Below, piece by piece: positions 38,596-50,500 of a stretch of 64,000 bases of DNA (its first letter is position 1; every line of letters begins with the position of its first letter). The DNA comes from Eledone cirrhosa (taxonomy: Eukaryota). The notes beneath the pieces were generated by a model. That model made no database searches. It saw only the letters and a program-made list of their open reading frames with translations, and was not told where the DNA came from. The DNA is taken from positions 42,656,001-42,720,000 of the forward strand of contig OZ024757.1 of assembly GCA_964016885.1 (NCBI GenBank), given 5' to 3'. The position numbers and the translations under genes were made by a program.

Positions 38596-41500
38596 TGACG
38601 TTTTATTCATTTTAGTCACTTATGATGCCATTTTAGCTCTTTTAGTGTCATTTTAGTAATTTATGATGACGTTTTATCCATTCTATTCATTTCTGAACAC
38701 CTTTTAGACATTTTATTGTCTTTTTAGTCATTATGATGCCATTTCAGCCATTGTAGTGCAATTGTAGCCATTTACGATGTCGTTTTACCCATTTTAGTGA
38801 TTTATAATGACGTTTAAGCAATTTTATGTAGTTTTAGTCATTTACGATATCGTTTTTGCCATTTTAGTCGTTTATGATGACGTTGTAGTAGTTTATGATG
38901 ACGTTTCAGCCATTTTATTTATTTATGAAGACGTTTTAGCCATTTTAGAGACAATTTAGCAATTTAACAGTCCGTTTTAGCCACTTTAGTATCATTTACG
39001 ATGTCGTTTTAGCGCTTTTAGTCATTTTGATGACGTTTAAGCAATTTTAGTGTAATTTTATTCATTTAAGATGTCCTTTTAGCCATTTATGATGACGGTT
39101 AAGACATTTAAGTCATTTATCATGACGTTTTAGCCACTTTAGTAATTTTAGTCACTTATGATGCCATTTTTAGCCATTTCGGAGTCATTTTAGTCGTTTT
39201 AGTCATCTATGATGCAGTTTAAGCTATATTAGAGCCATTTTTGTCATTTTAGACGTTTTAGTCGTTTTAGAGTCATTTTAATCATTTATGATGCTGTTGT
39301 AGCCTTTCTAGAGTTATTTTAGTCATTTATGATGCCGTTTTACTCATTTACGAGTCATTTTTGTCATTTTACTCGTTTTAGTCATTTTAGTCAATTATGA
39401 TGCTGTTTTAGCCATTTTAGTGTCATTTTAGTCAATTTTTATGCCGTTTTACACATTTACGAGTCATTTTAGTCGTTTTAAAGTCATTTTAGTCAAATAT
39501 GATACTGTTTTAGCCATTTTAGAGCCATTTAATCATTTATGTTGCCATATTACAACAGAATGGCTAAAACTGCATCATAAATGACTAAAACGTCATCATC
39601 AATGACTAAAATGGCTAAAACGATATCGTAAATGGCTAAAACTACATAAAATTGCTTAAACGTCATTATAAATCACTAAAATGGGTAAAACGACATGGTA
39701 AATGGCTACAATTGCACTAAAATGGCTAAGACGGCATAATAAATGACTAAAGTGACAATAAAATGCTAAAACCGTATCATAATTGACTAGAATGACTCTA
39801 ACACGACGGAAACGTCTAAAATGACTATAAATGGCTCTAAAATGGTTAAACTGCATCGTAAATTACTAAAATGACTCAAAAATTGCTAAATATGGCAACA
39901 TAAATGGTTAAAATGGCTAAAACGTCATCCGGACCGTACTCCGCATGCGCCAAGGCCGTCGGACCGTAGTGCGCATGTGCCAAGGCCGCCGGACCGTAGT
40001 GCGCATGCGCCAAGGCCGCTGAACCGTAGTGCGCATACGCCAAGGCCGCCGGACCGTACTGCGCATGCGCCAAGGCCGCCGGACCGTAGTGCGCATGCGC
40101 CAAGGCCGCCGGACCGTTGTGCGCATGCCTAGAGGCCGCTGGACCTTAGTACGCATGCGCCAAGGCCGCCGGACCGTAGTGCGCATGCGCCATTGCCACC
40201 GTACCGTACTGCGCATGCGCCAAGGCCGCCGGACCGTAGTGCGCATGCGCCAAGGCCGCCGGACCTTACTACGCATGCGCCAAAGACGCCGGGCCGTAGT
40301 GCGTATGCGCCAAGGCCGCCGGACCGTAGTGCGCATGCGCCAAGGCCGCCGGACCTTACTACGCATGCGCCAAAGACGCCGGGCCGTAGTGCGTATGCGC
40401 CAAGGCCGCCGGACCGTATGCGCATGCGCCAAAGCAGCCGGACGGTAGTGAGCATGCGCCAAGGCTGCCGAACCGTAGTGCACATGCGCCAAGGCCGTCG
40501 GACCTTATTGCGCATGCTCCAAGGCCGCCGAACCGCGTGCGCAGTACGGTCGGGCGGGTTTGGCGCATGCGCAGTACGGTTCGGCGGCCTTGGCGCATAC
40601 GCACTACGGTCCGGCGGCCTTTACGCGTGCTCAGTATAGTCCGGCGACCTTAGCGCATGTGCACTAAGGTCCGGCGACCTTGCGCATTTGCACTACGGTC
40701 CGGCGGCCTTGGCGCATGCGCACTACGGCCGACGGCCTTGGCGCATGCGCAGTACGATCCGGCGACCTCGGCGCGTGCGCTGTACGGTCCGGCGGTCTTG
40801 GCGCATGCACACTACGGTCCAGCGGCCTTGGCGCATGCGCACTACGGTCCGACGGCCTTGGCGCATGCGCAGTACGATCCGTCGGACTGGCGCGTGTGCA
40901 GTACGGTCCGGCGGCCTTGGCGCATGCGCACTGCTGTCCAGCGGCCTTGGCGCATGCGCACTATGGTTCGTCGGCTTTGGCGCATGCGCAGTATGGTCCG
41001 GCGGCCTTGGCGCATGCGCAGTATGGTCCTGCGGCCTTGGCGCATGCGCACTACGGTTCGGCGGCTTTGGCGCATGCGCAGTACGGTTCGGCGGCCTTGG
41101 CGCATGCGCAGTACGGTTCGGCGGCCTTGGCGCATGCGCACTACCGTCCGGCGGCCTTGGCGTATGCGCAGTAAGGTACGGCGGCCTTAGTGCATGCGCA
41201 CTACGGTCCGGTGTCCATTGCGCATGCGCACTACGGTCCGGCGGCCTTTGCGCATGCGCACTACGGGCCGGCGACATTGGTGCATGCGCAGTACGGTACT
41301 GCGGCCTTGGCGCATGCGTAGCACGGTCAGGCGGCATTGTCGCATGCGAACTACGGTTCGACTGCCTTGGCGCATACGCACTACGGTCATGCGGCCTTGG
41401 CGCATGCGCACTACGGTTCGGTGGCCTTGGCGCATACGACCTACGCTCCGGCGGCCTTTGCGCATGCGCAGTATGGTCCGACGGCCTTGGCGCATGCGCA

Positions 41501-44500
41501 GTACGGTTTGGCGGCTTTGGCGCATGCGCAGTACGGTCCGGCGGCCTTGGCGCATGCGCACTACGGTCCGGCAGCCTTGGCGCATACGCAGTACGGTCGT
41601 TTAGCCATTTTAGTCATTTAACAGTCCTATTTAGTCATTTTATTCATTTAACAGTCCTATTTAGTCATTTTATTCATTTATGAAGACGTTTTAGGCATTA
41701 TATTGTCTTTTTAGTTATCATGATGCCATTTCAATCGATTTAGTGTAATTTTAGTAATTTACGATGTCGTTTTTGCCATTTTAGTCGTTTATGATAACGT
41801 TGTAATCATTTATGATGACGTTTTAGCCATTTTATTTATTTATGAAGACGTTTTAGCCATTTTAGAGACAATTTAGCAATTTAATAGTCCGTTTTAGCCA
41901 CTTTAGTGTCATTTTAGCCATTTACGATGTCGTTTTAGTCATTTCGATGACGTTTAAGCAATTTTAGTGTAATTTTTATTCATTTAAGATGTCCTTTTAG
42001 CCATTTATGATGACGGTTAAGACATTTAAGTCATTTATCATGACGTTTTAGCCACTTTAGTCATTTTAATCATTTATGATGCTGTTGTAGCCTTTCTAGA
42101 GTTATTTTAGTCATTTATGATGCCGTTTTACTCATTTACGAGTCATTTTTGTCATTTTACTCGTTTTAGAGTCATTTTAGTTAATTATGATGCTGTTTTA
42201 GCCATTTTAGTGTCATTTTAGTCAATTTTTATGCCGTTTTACTCATTTACGAGTCATTTTAGTCGTTTTAGAGTCATTTTAGTCAAATATGATGCTGTTT
42301 TAGCCATTTTAGAGCCATTTAATCATTTATGTTGCCATATTACAACAGAATGGCTAAAACTGCATCATAAATGACTAAAACGTCATCATCAATGACTAAA
42401 ATGGCTAAAACGATATCGTAAATGGTTAAACTACATAAAATTGCTTAAACGTCATTATAAATCACTAAAATGGGTAAAACGACATGGTAAATGGCTACAA
42501 TTGCACTAAAATGGCTGAAATTGCATCATAATGACTAAAAAGACAATAAAATGTCTAAAAGGTCTTCAGAAATGAATAGAATGGATAAAACGTCATCATA
42601 AATTACTAAAATGACACTAAAAGGGCTAAAATGGCATCATAAGTGACTAAAATGAATAAAACGTCATTATGAATGACTAAAATTGTTAAACGTCATCAAA
42701 AAGGACTAACATGACACTAAAATGGCCGAAATGTCATCATAAATGACTGAAATTACAACAAAATGGCTAAGACGGCATAATAAATGACTAAAGTGACAAT
42801 AAAATGCTAAAACCGTATCATAATTGACTAGAATGACTCTAACACGACTGAAACGTCTAAAATGACTATAAATGGCTCTAAAAGGGTTAAAGTGAATCAT
42901 AAATTAGTAAAATAACTCTAGAAAGGCTACAACAGCATCATAAATGATTAAAATGACTCTAAAACGACTAAAATGACAAATGACGGTCAGCTGGCCTTGG
43001 CGCATGCGCACTACGGTCCGACGGCCTTGGCTTATACGCACTACGGTCCGGCGGCCTTGGCGCATGCGCACTACGGTTCGGCGGCCTTGGCGCCTGCGCA
43101 GTACGGTCCGGCGGCCATGGCGCATGCGCACTACGATCCGGTGGTCTTTGAGCATGCGCACTACGGTCCAGCGACCTTGGCGCATGCGCAGTACGGTACT
43201 GCGGCCTTGGCGCATGCGCAGTATGGTCAGGCGGCTTTGGCGCATGCGCACTACGGTTCTGCGGCTTTGGCGCATGCGCAGTACGGTTCGGCGGCCTTGG
43301 CGCATGCACACTACGGTCCAGCGGCCTTGGCGCATGCGCACTACGGTCCGGCGGCCTTGGCGCATTCGCAACAATGTCCGGCGGCCTTGGCGCATGCGCA
43401 GTACGAGCGTCGGCCTCGGCGCGTGCGTAGTACGTACCGGCGGCTTTGGCGCATGCGCACTACGGTCCAGCGGCCCTGGCGCATGCGCACTATGGTTCAG
43501 CGGCTTTGACGCATGCGCACTACGGTCCGACGGCCTTGGCGCATGCGCAGTATGGTCCGGCGGCCTTGACGCATGCGCACTATGGTCCGGCGGCCTTGGC
43601 GCATGCGCACTACGGTTCGGCGGCCTTGACGCTGCGCACTACGGTCCGGCGGCCTTGGCGCATGCGCAGTACGGTACGGCGGCTTTGGCGCATGCGCACT
43701 ACTGTCCGGTGGCCTTGGCGCATGCTTCCTACGGTCCGGCGGCCTTTGCGCATGCGCACTACGGTCCAGCGACCTTGGCGCATGCGCAGTACGGTACTGC
43801 GGCCTTGGCGCATGCTCAGTCTGATCCGGCGGTCTTGGAGCATGCGCAGTACGATCCGGCGGTCTTGGCGCATGCGTAGCACTGTCAGGCGGCATTGTCG
43901 CATGCGAACTACGGTTCGACTGCCTTGGCGCATGCGCACTACGGTCATGCGGCCTTGGCGCAACGCACTACGGTTCGGTGGCCTTGGCGCATGCGCACTA
44001 CGGTCCGGCGGCTTTGGCGCATGCGCAGTACAGTCAGGCGGTTTGGCGCATGCGACCTACGGTCCGGCGCCCTTTGCGCATGCGCAGTATGGTTCGGCGG
44101 CCTTGGCGCATGCGCACTACGGTCCGACGGCCTTGGCGCATGCGCACTACGGTCATGCGGTCTTGGCGCATGCGCAGTACGGTCCGGCAGCCTTGTCGCA
44201 TGCGCAGTACGGTCCGGCGGCTTTGGCGCATGCGCAGTACGGTCCGGCGGCCTTGGCGCATGCGCACTACGGTCCGGCGGCCTTGGCGCATACGCAGTAC
44301 GGTCCTTTAGCCATTTTAGTCATTTAACAGTCCTATTTAGTCATTTTATTCATTTATGAAGACGTTTTAGGCATTATATTGTCTGTTTAGTTATCATGAT
44401 GCCATTTCAATCAATTTAGTGTAATTTTAGTAATTTACGATGCCGTTTTTGCCATTTTAGTCGTTTATGATGACGTTGTAGTCATTTATGATGACGTTTT

Positions 44501-47500
44501 AGCCATTTTATTTATGAAGACGTTTTAGCCATTTTAGAGACAATTTAGCAATTTAACAGTCCGTTTTAGCCATTTTAGTGTCATCTTAGCCATTTACGAT
44601 GTCGTTTTAGCCGTTTTAGTCATTTTGATGATGTTTAAGCAATTTTAGTGTAATTTTATTCATTTAAGATGTCCTTTTAGCCATTTATGATGACGGTTAA
44701 GACATTTAAGTCATTTATCATGAAGTTTTAGCCACTTTAGTCATTTTAATCATTTATGATGCTGTTGTAGCCTGTCTAGAGTTATTTTAGTCATTTATGA
44801 TACCGTTTTACTCATTTACCAGTCATTTTTGTCATTTTACTCGTTTTAGAGTCATTTTAGTCAATTATGATGCTGATTTAGCCATTTTAGTGTCATTTTA
44901 GTCAATTTTTATGCCGTTTTACTCATTTACGAGTTATTTTAGTCGTTTTAGAGTCATTTTAGTCAAATTTGATGCTGTTTTAGCCACTTTAGAGCCATTT
45001 AATCATTTATGTTGCCATATCACAACAGAATGGCTAAAACTGCATCATAAATGACTAAAACGTCATCATCAATGACTAAAATGGCTAAAACGATATCGTA
45101 AATGACTAAAACTACATAAAATTGCTTAAACGTCGTTATAAATCACTAAAATGGGTAAAACGACATCGTAAATGGCTACAATTGCACTAAAATGGCTGAA
45201 ATGGCATCATAATGACTAAAAAGACAGTGTCTAAAAGGTCTTCAGAAATGAATAAAATGGATAAAACGTCATCATAAATTACTAAAATGACACTAAAAGG
45301 GCTAAAATGGCATCATAAGTGACTAAAATGAATAAAACGTCATTATGAATGACTAAAATTGTTAAACGTCATCAAAAAGGACTAACATGACACTAAAATG
45401 GCCGAAATGTCATCATAAATGACTGAAATTACAACAAAATGGCTAAGACGGCATAATAAATGACTAAAGTGACAATAAAATGCTAAAACCGTATGATAAT
45501 TGACTAGAATGACTCTAATACGACTGAAACGCCTAAAATGACTGTAAATGGCTCTAAAATGGTTAAACTGCATCATAAATTACTAAAATGACTCAAAAAT
45601 GGCTAAATATGGCAACATAGAGGCTTAAAATGGCTAAAAAGTCATCCGGATCGTACTGCACATGCGCCAAGGCCGTCGGACCGTAGTGCGCATGCGCCAA
45701 GGCCGCCGAACCTTAGTGCGCATGCGCCAAGGCCGCCGGACCGTAGTGCGCATGCGCCAAGGCCGCCAGACCGTAGTGCGCATGCGCCAAGGCCGCCGGG
45801 CTGTACTGCGCATGCGCCAAGGCCGCCGGACCGTAGTGCGCATGCGTCAATGCTGCCAGACCGTAGTACGCATGCGCCAAGGCCGCCGGACCGTTGTGCG
45901 CATGCGCAAAGACCACTGAACCTTAGTGCGCATGCGCCAAGGCCGCCGGACCGTAGTGCGCATGCGCCAAGGCCGCCGGACCGTAGTGCGCATTCGCCAA
46001 GGCCGCCGGACCTTACTGCGCATGCGCCAAGGCCACTGCACCGTAGTGCGCATGCGCCATGCGGCCGGACCGTAGTGCGCATGCGCCAAGGCTGCCAGAC
46101 CGTAGTGCGCATGCGCCAAAGCCGCCGGACCGTACTGCGCATCTGCCAAGGCCATCGGAACGTAGTGCGCATGCGGCAAGGTCGCCGCACCGTAGTGCCC
46201 ATGCGCCAAGACCGGCGGACCGTAGTGCGCGTGCGCCAAGGCTGCCGGAACTTAGTGCGCATGCGTCAAAGCCGCTGAACCGTAGTGCGCATGCGCCAAG
46301 GACGTTGGACCTTAGTGCGCATGCGCCAAGGTCGCCGAACCGCATGCGCACAAAGGTCCGGCGGCCTTGGCGCATGCGCACTACGACGGCGGTCTTGGCG
46401 CATGCGCAGTACGATCCGGCGGTCTTGGCGCATGCGCACTACGGTCCGGTGGCCTTGGCGCATGCGAACTAAGGTACTGCGGCCTTGGCGCATGCGCACT
46501 CCGGTCCAACGGCCTTGGCACATGAGCACTACGGTTCGGCGGCTTTGGCGCATGCGCACTAAGGTCCGGCGGCCTTGGCGCATGTGCACTACGGTCCGGC
46601 GGCCTAGGCGCCTGCGCACTACGGTTCGACGGCTTTGGCGCATGCGCACTACAGTCCAGCGGCCTTGGCGCATGCGCACTACGGTCCGACGGTGTTGAGG
46701 CATGCGCTGTACGATCCGGCGGCCTCGGCGCGTGCGCAGTACGGTCCGGCGGTCTTGGCGCATGCGCAGTACGGTTCGGCGGCCTTGGCGCATGCGCACT
46801 AATGTCCAGCGGCCTTGGCGCATGCGCACTACGGTCCGGTGATCTTGGCGCATGCGCTCTACGGTTCGGCGGATTTGGCGCATGCGCACTACGGTCCGGC
46901 GGCCTTGGCGCATGCGCAATACGGTACTGCGGCCTTGGCGCATGCGCAGTACGGTCAGGTGGCCTTGGCGCATGCGCACTACGGTCCGGCGGCCTTGGCT
47001 CATGCGCAGTATGGTCCGGCGGCCTTGGCGCATGCGCACTACGGTCCGACGGCCTTGAGCATGCGCACAACGGTCCGACGGCCTTGGCTTATACGCACTA
47101 AGGTTCGGCGGCCTTGGCGCATGCGCACTACGGTTCGGCGGCCTTGGCGCATGCGCACTACGGTCCGGCGGCCTTGGCACCTGCGCAGTACGGTCCGGCG
47201 GCCATGGCGCATGCGCACTACGATCCGGTGGTCTTTGAGTATGCGCACTACGGTCCAGTGACCTTGGCGCATGCGCACTACGGTCCGGCGGCCTTGGCGC
47301 ATGCACACTACGGTCCAGCGGCCTTGGCGCATGCGCACTACGGTCCGGCGGCCTTGGCGCATTCGCAACAATGTCCGGCGGCCTTGGCGCATGCGCAGTA
47401 CGAGCGTCGGCCTCGGCGCGTGCGTTGTACGACCGGCGGCTTTGGCGCATGCGCACTACGCTCCAGCGGCCTTGGCGCATGCGCACTATGGTTCAGCGGC

Positions 47501-50500
47501 TTTGACGCATGCGCACTACGGTCCGAGGGCCTTGGCGCATGCGCAGTATGGTCCGGTGGCCTTGACGCATGCGCACTATGGTCCGGCGGCTTTGGCGCAT
47601 GCGCAGTACGGTTCGGCGGCCTTGACGCTGCGCACTACGGTCCGGCGGCCTTGGCGCATGCGCAGTACGGTACGGCGGCCTTGGCGCATGCGCACTACGG
47701 TCCGGTGGCTTTGGCGCATGCTTCCTACGGTCCGGCGGTCTTTGCGCATGCGCACTACGGTCCAGCGACTTTGGCGCATGCGCAGTACGGTACTGCGGCC
47801 TTGGCGCATGCTCAGTCTGATCCGGCGGTCTTGGAGCATGCGCAGTACGATCCGACGGTCTTGGCGCATGCGTAGCACTGTCAGGCGGCATTGTCGCATG
47901 CGAACTACGGTTCGACTGCCTTGGCGCATGCGCACTACGGTCATGCGGCCTTGGCGCAACGCACTACGGTTCGGTGGCCTTGGCGCATGCGCACTACGGT
48001 CCGGCGGCTTTGGCGCATGCGCAGTACGGTCAGGCGGTTTGGCGCATGCGACCTACGGTCCGGCGCCCTTTGCGCATGCGCAGTATGGTTCGGCGGCCTT
48101 GGCGCATGCGCACTACGGTCCGACGGCCTTGGCGCATGCGCACTACGGTCATGCGGTCTTGGCGCATGCGCAGTACGGTCCGGCGGCCTTGTCGCATGCG
48201 CAGTACGGTCCGGCGGCTTTGGCGCATGCGCAGTACGGTCCGGCGGCCTTGGCGCATGCGCACTACGGTCCGGCGGCCTTGGCGCATGCGCAGTACGGTC
48301 CGGTGGCCTTGGCGCATACGCAGTACGGTCCTTTAGCCATTTTAGTCATTTAACAGTCCTATTTAGTCATTTTATTCATTTATGAAGACGTTTTAGGCAT
48401 TATATTGTCTGTTTAGTTATCATGATGCCATTTCAATCAATTTAGTGTAATTTTAGTAATTTACGATGCCGTTTTTGCCATTTTAGTCGTTTATGATGAC
48501 GTTGTAGTCATTTATGATGACGTTTTAGCCATTTTATTTATGAAGACGTTTTAGCCATTTTATTTATGAAGACGTTTTAGCCATTTTAGAGACAATTTAG
48601 CAATTTAACAGTCCGTTTTAGCCACTTTAGTGTCATCTTAGCCATTTACGATGTCGTTTTAGCCGTTTTAGTCATTTTGATGATGTTTAAGCAATTTTAG
48701 TGTGATTTTATTCATTTAAGATGTCCTTTTAGCCATTTATGATGACGGTTAAGACATTTATGTCATTTATCATGACGTTTTAGCCACTTTAGTCATTTTA
48801 ATCATTTATGATGCTGTTGTCGCCTTTCTAGAGTTATTTTAGTCATTTATGATACCGTTTTACTCATTTACCAGTCATTTTTGTCATTTTAGTCAATTAT
48901 GATGCTGATTTAGCCATTTTAGTGTCATTTTAGTCAATTTTTATGCCGTTTTACTCATTTACGAGTCATTTTAGTCGTTTTAGAGTCATTTTAGTCAAAT
49001 ATGATGCTGTTTTAGCCACTTTAGAGCCATTTAATCATTTATGTTGCCATATTACAACAGAATGGCTAAAACTGCATCATAAATGACTAAAACGTCATCA
49101 TCAATGACTAAAATGGCTAAAACGATATCGTAAATGACTAAAACTACATAAAATTGCTTAAACGTCATTATAAATCACTAAAATGGGTAAAATGACATCG
49201 TAAATGGCTACAATTGCACTAAAATGGCTGAAATGGCATCATAATGACTAAAAAGACAATAAAGTGTCTAAAAGGTCTTCAGAAATGAATAAAATGGATA
49301 AAACGTCATCATAAATTACTAAAATGACACTAAAAGGGCTAAAATGGCATCATAAGTGACTAAAATGAATAAAACGTCATTATGAATGACTAAAATTGTT
49401 AAACGTCATCAAAAAGGACTAACATGACACTAAAATGGCCGAAATGTCATCATAAATGACTGAAATTACAACAAAATGGCTAAGACGGCATAATAAATGA
49501 CTAAAGTGACAATAAAATGCTAAAACCGTATGATAATTGACTAGAATGACTCTAACACGACTGAAACGTCTAAAATGACTATAAATGGCTCTAAAATGGT
49601 TAAACTGCATCATAAATTACTAAAATGACTCAAAAATGGCTAAATATGGCAACATAAAGGCTTAAGATGGCTAAAAACTCATCCGGACCGTACTGCACAT
49701 GCGTCAAGGACGTCGGACCGTAGTGCGCATGCGCCAAGGCCTCCGAACCGTAGTGCGCATGCGCCAAGGCCGCCGGACCGTAGTGCGCATGCGCCAAGGC
49801 CGCCGGGCAGTACTGCGCATGCGCCAAGGCCGCCGGACCGTTGTGCGCATGCGTCAATGCTGCCAGACCGTAGTGCGCATGCGCCAAGGCCGCCGGACCG
49901 TTGTGCGCATGCGCAAAGACCACTGACCCTTAGTGCGCATGCGCCAAGGCCGCCGGACCGTACTGCGCATGCGCTAAGGCCGCCGGACCTTAGTGCGCAT
50001 GCGCCAAGGCCACTGGACCGTAGTGCGCATGCGCCAAGGCCGTTGGACCGGAGTGCGCATGCGCCAAGGCCGCAGTACCTTAGTTCGCATGCGCCAAGGC
50101 CACCGGACCGTACTGCGCATGCGCTAAGGCCGCCGGACCTTAGTGCGCATGCGCCAAGGCCACTGGACCGTAGTGCGCATGCGCCATGCGGCCGGACCGT
50201 AGTGCGCATGCGCCAAGGCCGCCGGACCGTAGTGCGCATGCGCCAAGGCTGCCAGACCGTAGTGCGCATGCGCCAAAGCCGCCGGACCGTACTGCGCATC
50301 TGCCAAGGCCATCGGAACGTAGTGCGCATGCGGCAAGGTCGCCGCACCGTAGTGCGCATGCGCCAAGACCGGCGGACCGTAGTGCGCGTGCGCCAAGGCT
50401 GCCGGAACGTAGTGCGCATGCGTCAAAGCCGCTGAACCCTAGTGCGCATGCGCCAAGGATGTTCGACCTTAGTGCGCATGCGCCAAGGCCGCCGAACCGC

